The notes under the pieces were generated by a model. It was not told where the DNA came from, ran no database searches, and saw only the letters and a list, made by a program, of their open reading frames with translations. Source: Blastocystis sp. Blastoise (lineage: Eukaryota > Protista > Bigyra: Opalinata). Taken from it: a stretch of DNA of 64,000 nt. The stretch covers positions 806,001 through 870,000 of the forward strand of contig JBBPEB010000030.1 in NCBI GenBank assembly GCA_039096225.1, written 5' to 3'. Positions 25,440 through 44,174 of this stretch are shown here, one piece after another. The position numbers and the translations under genes were made by a program. The number at the start of each line of letters is the position of its first letter. Positions within the stretch are counted from its first letter, which is position 1.

Positions 25440-25936
25440 TTTCCCGTAAGAGAAACAACAAAATGACTGGGATTTTTTAATCAAAAATACGTTGGCCTAA
25501 ACTCGAGAAAAGAGTGTCCGCCAACTTGTCAAGTTTCTCTCTTTTTGACGAGAAAAACTTAAAAATAACTCTACAAAATATATTGTTTATTTATATAATC
25601 ATAGACATTCTAAATATTGACTATTTTACAGTGTTTTATGATTTAAAATGACTGTTTAAAACCAAAAAGACTTTAATTTTTTCTCTGAAGTCTATAATTC
25701 AGGAATGGATTACATGAGTGAGAAGTTTTTAAAATTTGTGTATTCTCTGAGTGATATATTATCATTTCAATCATTCTCGTCAAGTCCTTTTACAATATAA
25801 ACCATTATACAGCCTAAATCAACACACACCTAAAAATTTCTTCTTTTTGATTTCCCAAGGAAAAAACAATAAAATGACTTGACTTTTTTATTCATAATTT
25901 TTTAGCCTAAAGACGACAGCATTCTTTTAGCCAACT
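25440..25936 (+). repeat. Degenerate ~87-bp direct repeat (2 copies, ~410 bp apart), left subterminal region of the element
   Basis: Colinear blocks TTTCCC..AAACAA.AAAATGACT..TTTTT..GCCTAAA..GCCAACT at ~25440-25526 and ~25851-25936. Confidence 0.6.
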
Positions 25937-26992
25937 ACCCTAGAAAGTCAAAACAATTAAAAATTCAAAAAAGAAAAGTAAAACAGAAGCTCTTGTTTTT
26001 GTTTATTGATTATCGTCAATAAACCTGTTTTTAAAAATATGACTTTAGAATATCATTCAGGACTTGATTTATAGTTCAGGGTATCGTTTTAAGGTTTAAA
26101 ATAGCTTTTTTAAGAGAATTCATAATTATGTCCTAAACCAAGAGGAGTTGTGCGTTTTTATCATCTCTGTTGTTAGACATACTTATACACAACATACTCA
26201 GCTTACAAAATTGTTTTTCTTGCTTGTTGTGATTTTTCACTCATTTTTGAATATTTGATTTTTAGTTTCAAAAGTGGTATAAAGTGTCTATACATGCCTG
26301 TAAGAATCGATTTTAATACTATAAAGTCAAAAATATTAAAAAAAAGTGACAGCGAAAAAAGGAGGGAAAATATACTTTTTTGAATTTCTTGATATTCCCG
26401 CAAAAATGATTTTTCTTTTAAGACCTGAAGACACCCATACGCTATTGAGCCTATTGACTTAGAAAATATTTCATTTGTTACATATTTTTTTTATTTTTAT
26501 TCTATTTTTATTTGCCTTTATTTTTAAAAATAGAAGCTCATTTTAACTTCAGACTGTTCCCTTGTATGTATATTGCTATTTTTTATTCTTTACCCATATT
26601 AACATTCTCCCATTCTCTAGCATGTATAGGTTCCTGCTCGTCCGTGGTTATAAGAGTCCTCTTCAGTCCATGTCAACAACGTCTATGATGTCAAACTGTT
26701 TTCAAAGTATATATGTATTTATTTATTTTTATAATTATCTCTTATCTTTTTATTTTTTATATTGCTGTAATATTATATGATAAAATACTTATCGTATATT
26801 CATTCTATCTATTATTAACTTTCTTTTTTTTTTCTTGAATTAGAATTCTAATTCATTTTATTATTTATTTTCATTATTTTTATATTTTTATTTATTATTA
26901 TTTATTTATTTAGGTTGTTTTCTACTGTTTCTGTTGGTTATCTTTCCCTATGACTCAACATCACCAAATTCATTTTTTTCTATTAGGTATGT

Positions 26993-30870
<3,878 letters not shown>

Positions 30871-33008
30871 TTATAGATCTCTATATTTATATTTTTTTTT
30901 CTCTATATTATTATTTTAATTCTTTTTTATTAATTTCATTAATTATCCCTATCTCATTAACTTTATATTTTTCTCTATTTATTCTCTTTTCATTTTTCCC
31001 TCCTATATTTAGCATCGTTTTCTCTTATACATATATTTTTTTTCATACTTATTTTCGTATTATTATATATCCCTTTATATTACTTTTCCTCTATATTATC
31101 CTTAAGCTTAAATTGGTAAGTTTCAATCAATTTATGATTGAAAACAGGTTCAATTCCTGTCTTAAGGTCGTTTATATAACTATTTTATGTATATATAGGT
31201 TTTAATATTCATATTGTATAAGATTTTCAAAAAATATATATTCAGAGAGGTGAAGATCAATTATGTTAATTACTATTTTTTTCTTTATATGTGTATTTAT
31301 TTAATCATTAAATGTATTAGTTGTATATAGATGATTCATAGAAACATTCAAAACAGTTTATTCAATACAAAAATATTCCAACAATTATCAATTACTTAAT
31401 TAAGTGTATTGTCGAACACAGAATCTTCTCAAAAGATTGTTCAGGAGATTTTATAATGTTTATACGTAAAATATTAGTTTAGTTCCAAAAAATAATTCTA
31501 TTTTTCAAAAATAGATTATCAAAAGATTCTGTGCAATTTTTTTTTCATATGATCAGTGTATCCTTGTACAGTAGAAAAAAATCATTTAAATACATTTTTG
31601 ACTTGATAAACAATAAATTAAGAATTTATTCTTGTTAAAAAACAAAATATTTTGAAAATAATACTAAAATCATACAGATGACTAATGAAACTATTCATTC
31701 ATTTACTCTTAACATGATTTAAGACAAGTCATAAAAATGGAGATTCTTTATATTTTATAATTTTTGATTAATTGATATCACTGTCATGTTTAAACTTCAT
31801 TTAGACACTAAATATGCAATATGAGACGTTTCTGTTATTATTGAAAATAAAATATATATTTGAAATAATTTTAGTTTCACTAAAAATCACTGAAGATGAT
31901 TAAACACGGTAAGTAGACAATGAATAAATCATGAATATAACGATTAATGAGATTAAACATTTTTTTGATAAAAAAGTGATTTTTGCATTTGTTTTATAGT
32001 AAACTATCAACACGATTCTGACTTTTCAATTAAAAATATACAAAATATTATTTTTGCTTATTCATATGCATATTTGATAGCTATGAGTCCTTAGTTGATA
32101 GAAAAAGTTGTTCTTGAGTAATTATAAAATAATAATTTGATTTGTTTTTGATATTATTGTAACAATAAACATTATTTTAACTGGAAAACACTCACTCTAT
32201 ACGTTTTGAGTTTATGAAGAGGTTTTAAAAGACTTTTACTTGATTACAATTGTTGACTTAATTGACTTTAAAATGTTTTTTGTTTCTTTTCAGTCATATT
32301 ATGATATTAAAATAATTGAAAATCTACACAAATAGATTAAAAAGTTGATATTTCATAACAATTTTGACTCTAGACCTTTTTTATCATCTTTCTCTTTATT
32401 TAATCATTTTATTGAAAGTATGTGACTCAAATTAATACTCTAAATGAAGATTCAGACAATCATTCTGAATTATATGAATCACTTTTGTTTTGGGATTAGA
32501 AGTCTCAGGGTCTTCTCTATAAGTCTGTATTATAGCCTAGGTTTATTTAAAAAATAAGTTATACTTACAAAGTGATACTAAGAATAATTTTGATAATTAA
32601 CTATAAAAATGACTCTTCTGTCGTCTAAACTAATTATAAAACATTATAATGATAAATAAATATATAATTCTTTAAAATAAAACATTTTTTATAGTATTAA
32701 TAATAATTAGGATAAATTGAAAATAACAATAACAATATCCATTTTCCTCATAGAAATAAAATTTCTCTTTCTCTTTTATTCTTAACCATTCATTTTATTT
32801 ATGATGAAGATTCTCTATATTTAGTAGATATGAGATTATTCATGTTTATTTTCATTATTTCAGCTATATCTTCTAAATTCCTATTACACCCTTTTATAAC
32901 AAAACAAAATCCTACATGACTTATCACATATTTATTTTATTATATCTTATATCATTATAATGATGTATTATTAAATTATTACTTTATTTCATATCATATG
33001 ATACTATT

Positions 33009-33852
33009 ATGATGGTAGGTGTTTGCTGTTTCTTTATATTTTATTTTTTCTACTCTATTCATTCATTTTCTATAGTAGCTGTCTCTGCTTCTTGCTGTGG
33101 CTATTCCTGGTCTCCTTAAGTGTTCTGCTCCTTCTTGTGTGTGGTTATGGTTCTCTTATAGGTATATATATATATATTTCTTTTTCTAATTATTTTTATA
33201 GTTATGCTGCTTGGGTCTAGAATGAAGGGAATCAACATGAATAAAAGGTACATATATATCTATATTATCTATTACATATTATATAACTAACCCCACTTTA
33301 TATTTATATAGGAGTAATGTATATATTTATATTTTATTATTCTATATTATTTTATTATATCATATATTATTATATTCTACAACTCACTCTATCTTTATAT
33401 AGGTTTCCATAAGTTCTGTTGCTGTCGTTGTTGGCCAATTGGAGAATGGTTTATAAAAAGTATATATATATATTTAATTATATTGTTTTATTCATTATAC
33501 TATTTATCATATATCTTTTATAGGATGGTTCTTTGTCTTTGATTCCTTGCCTGTCTTGTAATGATTAGAAAAGGTATATATTTTTTATTTTATTATTATT
33601 TTAAAATGTTATATATATATTATTATTAGTAATACTTAACTAATATCATCTCTTTATATAGGTTGGTTAGGCTTAAATGCAAATTAAAGACTGAAACTGT
33701 CCTGGTTGAAATATTATAAATTAAATATTATATATATTTTATTATATTATTTATTATATGTTTTATTATCTTTTTTTTATATATTTATTATTATTGTTTT
33801 CTATTATTTGTTTTTATGATTATTTGATAATATTTAATTTGTTTGTTTTGTT
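33009..33852 (+). other. Multi-exon, spliced-looking cassette without a long ORF, inside the transposon
   Basis: About six GC-richer blocks bounded by host-type TATAG| and |GT sites (33074-33720), followed by TGTTTGTT at 33840-33847. Every joining tried hits a stop within about 70 codons. Confidence 0.4.
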
Positions 33853-34010
33853 ATATCGTTTATTATTACACCACAAAAAGAATAAAAAAAGCCAATAAAT
33901 GAAAAAATAGAGAATATTTAAAACCATTTTTATTCGCCAATTATTGTTTTAAGGTGCGTCATACTTTTGCACTGCTTTTCGATTTTATAAAATCACTGAA
34001 ACTCTGACAA

Positions 34011-34222
34011 AAAATTTCACTGCTCACCACTGGGGAAACCAAAGCAAAAAAGTCGTTGGACCTTTTGTCAGCTACCCTTTAAAATTTTTTCACTGCTCCA
34101 CCACTGGGGAAACCAAACAGAAAAATCAAATAACCTTTTGTCAGCTACATATTTAAAAATTTTCACTGCTCACCACTGGGGAAACCAAAACAAAAAAGTC
34201 GTTGGACCTTTTGACAGAAACC
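34011..34222 (+). repeat. 73-bp tandem repeat x3, right subterminal repeat of the element
   Basis: CACTGCTC(C)ACCACTGGGGAAACCAAA begins at 34018, 34091 and 34164; each unit also carries ACCTTTTG(T/A)CAG. Confidence 0.9.
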
Positions 34223-34558
34223 TGAAAAAATGTCCATAGTGTAATTGTAAAGATTTATAATAAAATAAAAAAAATAATAAAAAAAACAAAACAAACTTGG
34301 CAAACAAATATAGTAACCCAGAATAAATAATAATATATACATATTATAAGTAATACCATTAAAAATAAAAAGAATAGATAAATATTAAAAAAAAAAAATG
34401 AAAAACAAAGGAAAAAAGAAAAAAGAGCACATGAAGGATATAAAGGAAGATATAGATTGAGATTATGACGATATAGTTTAGAACGTTCAGTGAGTAATAC
34501 TCTCGAAAGGAAATAATTCTAAAAAAATATATATTTTTGTCAGAAGAGATCAACAAAA

Positions 34559-36026
34559 TTAAAGATCTTGTGGGACCATCTTCTTTTCAACTAATTCAAT
34601 AACATCACCAGGTTTATAACCCTATAATAAATATATATTAATTAATAAAAAATAGTGTGTGTTTTTAAAAGTATAAAAAAGAGAATAGAATTAAAAAAAA
34701 AAAAAAAAAAAAAGGAATTTATAAAAAAGGAATAGAATTAAAAATAAAAATTGATATAAAAAGTCATACATTATAGTCTTTTAGAACAATACCACATTCT
34801 TCTCCTTCTTTAACAAGTTTGACATCATCTTTCAGTTTCTTTAATGATGACATACCATCTGTAGTATAGACAACCTATAGAAAAAGAATATAAAAAAAAA
34901 AACAAAATATTTATATTAATAAACATAGTGATATTTAAATAAAATAAATATATGTATAAATAAGAATAATAGTATTTACTTCTCCATTTCTTAAAACTCT
35001 GAAATTGCCTGTAAATTTGATATTTCCTTTTGTAACTCTACAGCCAGCAATAGATCCAGAATTTGATTGACTGAATACCTATATATATATATATATATAT
35101 TATATAACATAATAGAATAAGAATAAAACTAAATACTCTTTTCACTTCAGCTGTAGCTGTGACTTCTTCAACTTCTTTCTGCGGTAAGACTGTAGAAAGA
35201 GCTTCTCGTAACTAGAAATGATTCGAATTCAATAATGAATAAAATAGAATAATAAATATATATAAAATTATAAATACTTGATCGAGAATCGAATAAATAA
35301 TTTTATTCTTTACAATCTTGACACTGTTTCTTTTGGCAATAGTATTAATCTTATCTAAATATATATATATAAATAATAATACAACATATTATGGTAAAAG
35401 ATATAAAAAAATATAAGTAAAAAAAGAATAGTTAAATAGGATACTAATAATAAATAGAATAATATACTATTTGAGGTGACATTATAAGCAAGAATAATGC
35501 CTTTACAACCTTTAGCTAGTTCGACATCACTTTCAGTTATATTACCTTTATATATAGAATATTTATAGTGTACGTTGTAATATAGAGGATAAATAGAATG
35601 TAAATATAAATAAATAAATAAATAAAAATAAATAATAATATAAAAATAAATATATATATAAATAAGAATAAATAAAAATAAAAAATAAATAAATATAAAT
35701 ATAAATATAAATAATAATAAAAAAAAGTTTTAGTACATATAACATACCAATAGCAGTGTGAATAACATGAAACTCAACATTTTTTGAGTCAATCTTTTCA
35801 ATTTCATTTCTCATAGCCTAAACAATATTAGAATAAGTGTAATAAAATATAATTAATATAGAATATACATTCATGGATCCATCAACATCAGCTTTCACAA
35901 TTACATTCACTTTAATCTTGGGAACAGGAGCATCTTCCGCCAATTCTACATTTTCCCCATTATTATCGGTTGTACCAGCAACAGAAGTTTTATTAAGAGT
36001 CGATGCTTCTGAACTAACAGCAGAAA

Positions 36027-36086
<60 letters not shown>

Positions 36087-36262
36087 TATTATTAGCATTA
36101 TTATTAGCATTATTATTATTAACATTATTGTTAGTATCTAAACTAGTAGCATTCTCCTCTTGTTTAGAAGAGAGTTGAGTCGCTTTACGCAATAATTTAT
36201 CCTTACGATATTGAATAACCTATAGTATTCATATATAATATTTATATAATAAAATAATAAAA

Positions 36263-36312
<50 letters not shown>

Positions 36313-39309
36313 TTCTTTCATACGATTTTCATTTTCACAGACAAAGAGCCATTCTCCTGGTTTGACATTCCCGCCTAATCCTTGTAACCGTACAGCCATT
36401 CCCGCCACAGCTTTATCTATTCGTTTATATGTATCATCGAGCATATTCTTTACTTTTCCTCCCTCTATTCCACTTACTATATAATCTCCTTTCTTTATAG
36501 ATCCCCATTTCAAAACCAAATCAATACAATTACCTAATCCTGCATCTATACGACTCTCTATTACTATACCCTCTCCTGGAGACTATATATATAGATACAT
36601 AGATATAGATATATATAGTAGAAGAATAATATGAGATGTAAGTATTATAAAATGAATAATATCAATATATTTGTGTATAAGTAGTATCAAATAGAATGAT
36701 CAAATAAATGATAAAACAAATAATAACTGAATAAATAAAAATAATTATATATAAAAATAAAATAAATATGATTATAATAAAAAAAACAAACAATATATAC
36801 TTGAATATCTGCTCTTAAATCTTGCATATCCGCTTCAAATCCAATTAATTCTTCTAATCGTTTAATATTTAATCCTGTTTTAGCACTTACTCCTAGAATG
36901 GGTATATCTCCTCCAACATCTTCTGTAAGTAAATCATATTGGGCTAATTCACGACTTATCTTATGTATTGTATCTTCTATATTAATTCCATCACGATCAC
37001 ATTTAGTAACTGCTACAATACAAGGTAATTGACTTTCATGTATTAAATCAATTACTTCTTTTGTTTGAGGCATAACTCCATCTTCTGCTGCTACTACCAT
37101 TAAAATAATATCTGTTGCTGACGCACCATGCTGACGCATCTCCTTGAATGCTGCATGACCAGGAGTATCTAAAAACACAATCTTCTTATTCTTTTGAGTT
37201 TCAAGAGAAACCGTAAATGCACTAATAGCTTGAGTAATACCTCCTGCTTCTCCTTGGGCGACATGTGCCTTACGCAAATAATCTAAAAGGGTTGTTTTCC
37301 CATGATCTACATGACCCATTACACATACTACAGGAGATCGAGGAAGAAGAGAAGAACGATCTTTTGGCATAGGTGTCGGATGAAGATTAATCTATATATA
37401 TATAGGTATATATATAGGTATATATATTTGGTATATTAAGAATAAATATAAAAATAGAAAAATATAAAAATATAAAAATATAAAAATATAAAAATATAAA
37501 AATATAAAAATATAAAAATATAAAAATAGAATTTTTGAAAAAAATAAATAAAAAACAAATTAAAAAAAAACTAACTATAAAAATAATAAAAATAAAATAA
37601 ACAACAAAAACAACAACAACAATATATACTCGTTTATCTTTTAATATAGGTATAAAATTATATTCCATAGCTAATAATTCTGCAGTTTCATTATCAATCC
37701 AATCTTCTTTTGAAAATAGACCTTCTCCAATATGTTCTAATGTCGATATACATCGAGTAATAGGAACACCAAACATTTTACTCAAATCAGCCAATTTCAG
37801 CATTTGAGGTATTTCAATTACTTTCTCTACTGGTTCTTCTATACCTTTCTTAGTATTTGAAGTGATATTTTCTGTAATAGTAGAATCATTTTGAGATTCA
37901 AGAGAAGAAGAAGAATGTATATTAAATTCATCATCTATAGAAGCATTCTTTGAATTGATTGAAGAGAGAGATTCTTCTAATTCCTCGTTATTTAATGGAT
38001 TTAATTCATTCTCTAAAGATTCTGTTTGCTTTAATATTTCTTTTCCTTCATATTCTTCTATTCTTTCTCTTTCTAAAGTTGCTAATTCGTTCTTCATAGA
38101 ATTCTCTAAATAATCTATATTCTTCGTACTAATTGATTGCTCATTTGGTTTTAAACCTAAATTCTGAAATAAAGTATCTATTTTCTGACAATCTTCTGAT
38201 TTATTCTTTAAGACAATTTCAGGGAATTTCATATTATTAATCCAAGACTGGAAATCTACACAAGCTTTTGTTGTTAATGCTTCAAATGTTTGAGGAGCTA
38301 ATAAATTACGCCTTGTTCTTGACATCCACAATATTTTATCCGATAACTCTTTATATATATATATATATATAGAATTGAATTATTCTTCATAAGTAATATA
38401 TAATAATATATAATAATATATAATAATATAAAAATATATATAATATATAATAAATATAAAAAAAATGAAATATAAAATAAAATAAAATATAAAATATACA
38501 ATAAAAAATAAAATAAATTAAAATAAAAAACATAATAAAAAATAAAATAAACATACTAATATAGCCATCATTTTTGGTTGTAGAACTTGATAAACATTTC
38601 ATATTATTATAGAAATCAGCTATAATTTGATTTTCCTCTACTTGTTGATTTGCTATTGTATTACTATAATTACATAATTGTTCTATTGATTGCATCGATT
38701 TATATTCAGGATTGATTTCTACAGAATAACGTGATACATATTTAGGAACAGAATGCTTTAAATCTACAAGACAATTTCGTAAAGATCCAAAGGCAATTCG
38801 ATATTTATATGTTTTTGTTCTTGATTCAATCATTAAATGACGTGCAGCACGAAAACGAGTTACTGAAAAAGGCTGATTGAGAACTACCGTTAATTGCTCT
38901 TTTAACATTTCACTTTTATGACTCATTCTTGGTTTTCTTGAACGCTGCTCATCTTTCATTGAAGAGTTTGTATTAACTCTCTTTTTTTGAACAACTGAAG
39001 AAGTAGAAGACTCATTGTCATTAGAATTCTTGTTGTATATTGATTTCCTTTCATAAGGTACAGCTGAACGATCTTTTGACATCGATTCCACTCCATTATT
39101 CTTATAATTTCTTGTATAATTTCCTTTACTACTAGAATTATACTTGTAATTTGATATAGCTATATATAGAAAGAATTCGTAAAAGATACTAGAATAAAGA
39201 AACCATATCATAAAAATAAAATATGATAGAAATTTTTTTAAAACGTACATCTTCTTAAGAATTGTATATTTTTTTGATATTTAGGAATTCTCTTTGACAA
39301 CTGATACAT
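34559..39309 (-). CDS. MTIF2: Mitochondrial (bacterial-type) translation initiation factor IF-2, multi-exon
   Basis: [55 protein letters not shown] and [14 protein letters not shown]; IF2_N-like [14 protein letters not shown]; basic presequence-like start [20 protein letters not shown]. Confidence 0.92.
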
Positions 39310-39581
39310 TTTCAATTCAAATGTTTGGAGAATAAATAGAAACTATATCGTAATTGATCCAAAAAGAAATTTATAACAAATTTGCCTTGTTTTCTTGTCG
39401 GGAAATAAAAAATCAGAAAAACCACGGATATAAATGACATGTTGCTTGTTTTTTCTTTTTTTGCAACTAACCAATAATAAAAAATAAAGCTGTTCTTTTT
39501 ATGGTTTTTAAAAGAGTTTAATTATTTATTACATCTTGATCTTTCTTTAAAAAGTGATTTGCTTCAAGATAATTATTAGAA
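39310..39581. promoter_or_regulatory. Putative compact bidirectional promoter between MTIF2 and NOM1
   Basis: Only 272 bp separate the divergent start codons at 39309(-) and 39582(+). Confidence 0.45.
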
Positions 39582-42500
39582 ATGAATAAGATCAAAATAG
39601 TTAAGAATAAGAAGGGTAAGACGAATCCTTCTAAGGCAATTTCAAAAGGTAAACCTGTGAAAAACAATTCTTGGAATTCAGAAAAACTAAAAAATGAATC
39701 AGGTATTGTAGCTGATGAACAAGAAATTGAGTATTTATCTGATAAATTGGGATTAAAGAGTAATAAGGATAAGAAGAAGTTATTAAAAGAATATGTGAAA
39801 GAAGATGGATACGATGAAGACTTTGTTAGTTTCTTGGATGACTTGGATAATATTTTAGATAAAGATTTGCCTGATAATTTAGATGATGATGATGTGCCTG
39901 AAGGTATGGATGCTTCAGGAGTTCCTATAGTTGTAAATACAAAATCTAAAAAGAATTCTCAAACGAAAAGAGTTTATGAAGAGAGTGAAGATGACAATGA
40001 GGAAATTGAGAGTAATGGTTATGATGATGATGAAGAAATGAATAATGATGGTTATGATGATGAAGAAGAAATTAATAGTGATGATGAAGAAATTGATAGT
40101 AATGAAGATGACGAAATAGTGGATAATGATGATGAAGAAATTAATAGTGATGAAGTGGGTAGTTTAGAAGAAGAAGAAAATGATATAATTGATGATGAAG
40201 AAGAAGATAGTGATAAAATAGAAGATTTTGAAGGTGGTGATGAAGATATAGATAGTGATGAAGCCTTAGGAAGTGAAGATGGAGATCTTATTGAAGAACT
40301 TAAGAAGAAAACACTAGAAAAAGTATATATATAGGTTTTATAATAATAATTAAATTTATAATAATGATATATATATATATATATATATAGAAGCAGAAAG
40401 TTCAGAAAGTTAAAAAACCACAAATAAAACGTCAAAAGATGGTAATTATTTTTATTTGTTTATATATATATAACTTTTTTAAAATCTAAATATTAGTATA
40501 ATAATAATAATAATAAAAGTTATAATTCAAATAATTATGTTTATAGGAAGAAGAAGAAGAAGAAGAGAATGATGATGATATGGAATTATTAGCTTCTTCA
40601 AGTGATAAGGAAGAAGAAGAAGAAGAAGATAATAATAATAATAAAAATAATAATAATGAAGAAGAAGATAATGATAATGATAGTGATGATACACTAAGAG
40701 AAGATAAAAAGATATCTAATGAGTATATAATGGTAAATGGGGAAAAGGTTTATGTTCCAAAGACAGATATTTACGGGAATCCTTTGAAAGGTCAAGAAGA
40801 AATAGAAAAGACTTATGCTACTAAATATATACCTCCTCATTTACGTAATCAAGGAAATGAGAAGAAAACATCTACATTAGACATAGTGGATGCTAAAGAA
40901 AAAGCAGAAATAAAAAAACAATTAATTAGTGCTATTAATAAATTAAGTATTGATAACTTTCTTACTATTTGTCAAGTATAATATATATATACATTAATAA
41001 ATATGAATAATTATATAAATATATTAGATTTTTATTTTGTTTTCTATCTTTAATTTTAAAATGAATTCTTTTGTTTCTATATTAATAACACCTATATGTT
41101 CTATATAGTCTATAATAAGTGTATGTAAGAATTACCCTCGTAATAGTATTAAAGTAGTATTAACAGAAGTCATTTTACAGTATTCTATGAATAGTGTAAA
41201 AGTTATTTCTACTTTTATTCGACTTTATGCAGGTATACTTGTTGCTGTTGGAGTATTTATATATATTTATATATATATAATTCTATGATATTATTTATTA
41301 TTATTATTGTTATTATTATGTTTTATTACAATAATAGATTATAACACTTATATATATATTATTATTATTTATCATCTTAATATATATATAGAATAGTTTA
41401 GGAGGAGATATTAATGCATATTATACCGAAACAATAGTAAAGAAATATATGTCTGAATATGAAGTTACTCTTAAGGAAAAGAAGAATAATAATGCTTTTG
41501 AGTATAGTAAGAATGTACATAATATATATTTATTATTACAATTCTTATATATATATGATGTGTTTTCCTCAGAAATAATAAGTGATATTATAAAAGAGGA
41601 AGCGAATAGTTTCAATAGTCTAGATATAGAATTAATTGATCTTATGTGCTCTTTTGTAGGGTATAGAATTCGAAAGGACTGTCCGGATATATTAAAAGAA
41701 GTCATTTTATTATTACAGAGAAAAAGTAAAGAACAAGGATATGATAAGAAGTATTATATAGATTTATAAATATAAGATATATTTTATTCATATACTTTTT
41801 ATTCTATTAAAAATTATTATTATTCTTTTTATACTATATAGTTGATAAATCTTTTCTTATTCATTTATTATTATTATATTTATTATTATTAACCAATTAT
41901 TATTATTATTATTATTATTTTATTTTTATTAACCAAATTATTATTATTATGATTATATATATAATATTATATTATATAGTTCGGAGAGTGATGAGAATAG
42001 TCGTATTCGATTGATGTTGGATCATATATATGAATTAAAGAATAATAAGCAGACGAATACAATTCAGCAAGATATAGAGAAGACCTTAACTATAAAGAGA
42101 TTGTTAAAGCAAACATATCCTTCTATATCTTCTCTTCATCTTACTTTAGATGATATAAAGAATATAGAACAGAATGGCAGATGGTGGGTCTTAGGTGCTC
42201 AATACGGACAGAAAGAAATAGATACAAATAGAATGATACATGGAAATATGAATAAAAAGAATAATGTTATGAATATATTGAATAATTGTGATCCTAAATT
42301 ATTATTATTAGCAAAGAAAATGAATATGAATACAGATGTCAGAAAGTATATATATAGATATAAAGCTTATATACTTTTAATTGTTATTCATATTATTATA
42401 AATGATTTATTATCGTGTTTTATAATTATATACTACAGAACTCTTTTTATTATCCATATATATTTATTATATACTATTCATTTTGGATATTCTTTATGTT

Positions 42501-43478
42501 TATCTATATATATAGATGTATATTGGTTATTTTGTTAACATCAAAGGATTATATTGAAGCATATGAACGATTAAATAGTATGAATTTCAAAGATTTACAG
42601 CAACGTGAAGTTATTAAAGTACTCATGGAATGTGCTGCTAAAGTATATATTAACTATTATTTTAATATTATTATCATGAAATATTTTATATCTATTATTT
42701 TTGTAAAATTTATAAATATATATATATTTCACTTTTTTTTTAAAGGAAAAAACGTTTAATCCTTATTATGGTTTGCTTTCCGTTCAATTATGTAAATTTA
42801 ATTCAAGTAATCGATTCACGTTTCAAGTTTCTTTCTGGGATTTTATTAGTGATATTCAATCGTCAAAACAATTAAGAATTATTAATATGGCTAAATTATT
42901 AGAATATATCTTTTTTTTAATATTTATATATTTTTATTTTTATAATATTAATAATTTATAAAATAATACTATTAATAAATAAATATATATATAACAAATA
43001 ATAATAATTTATGAATATATATACAATAATAATAATTTATAAATATATAAAATAATAATTATAAATATATATAAAGTAATAATAATTTATAAATATATAA
43101 AATAATAATTATAAATATATATAAAATAATATAATAAACATATTTATCTTCCTTAATAGAATACTTTTAGTCCAGAATTTCTCTTTATCTTTATCTATGT
43201 TCAAAAAAATTGATTTTGCTAGTTTAAGTGATAAAGCGATTCTTTTCTTTATTACTTTCTTTTCTACTTTAATTGAACAATCTTCTCAAGAAACACTTGC
43301 TAAAGTTATATCTCGTATTGCTGTTGGTCAAGATCAAGCTCTTGTTCGTGACGGTATTAATCTCTTTTTAAGAACATATATGATTGGAAGTTTGAAAGGT
43401 AATGATGCACTTCTTGCTCGTGTTAAACTAGTTTCCAAACAACTTGACAAACTTTCCTCTATGGACTCTCTTCTCTAA
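39582..43478 (+). CDS. NOM1: Nucleolar MIF4G/MA3 protein NOM1/Sgd1
   Basis: Acidic N-terminus, then KYIPPHLR, INKLSIDN, GRWWVLGA, MNMNTDVRK..SKDYIEAYERL, QQREVIKVLMECAAKEKTFNPYY and FTFQVSFWDF. Contains an AT-AC intron at 42906-43164. Confidence 0.9.
42906..43164 (+). other. AT-AC (U12-type) intron in NOM1
   Basis: Donor ATATCTTT, branch TTCCTTAAT (43149-43157), acceptor GAATAC. The phase-1 join restores NMAKLLEFLVQNFSLSLSMFKKIDF with the spacing expected for the NOM1 C-terminal motif. No frame-preserving GT/GC donor was found. Confidence 0.85.
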
Positions 43479-44174
43479 TTGTTATTTAATTGTATTCTTT
43501 AAAAATATATATATTTATTTATATTATTTTTTCTTTAATATATCCATGTTTCATATATATATAAGATTCATATATTCTATAATTCTATATATTTCATATT
43601 ATATATATTTTTTCTTCACTTCTCTTTACCTCCAAAATTTAAATTTTTACCTCTTCTTTTTTGTATTTTAACTAGATTCAAATGGTTTCCATTTTTTTAA
43701 TAATCAGTTTCTTTTCTTTTTTAACAACTTCCATTTTTTAATATTCTATATTTTTTTAGGTATTCAGGGTATTGTTGCTGTCATTCCCACGATTCTCTGT
43801 CATTTGTTCCAAAACCAATAGAATTCTCTTATTCATTTTTTTTTACTTTATTTATAGCCATATGAAAATATGGAGACAAGTGTAATTTTTAATTTCTCAA
43901 CACAACAACGAAATAACCGTGAAACTAATTTGTTTTTCAAGCCATAAACTAAAATAATTTTCTTTCTTTTTTATTAATTTTTGTTATTGCATTTTTCTTA
44001 TTTTGACTGAAAAGATGAGTGGCTAGAAATCTTCTTATCGAATCTAAGGTTCAAACGTTTTTTTGTTTATTTGCTCTTTTATTTTTCTATTTTAGATTCC
44101 AGGCTTTGTAGATTTATCCAGCCTATCAATCTACACTTTATTTACAATTTTTTTTTCTTTAAGAAATTAATTTA

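Noticed and set aside
34011-34222. CRISPR-like repeat/spacer appearance
   Set aside because: The intervening segments are not unique (units 1 and 3 are nearly identical), there are no cas genes, the context is eukaryotic and the array abuts a transposon TIR.
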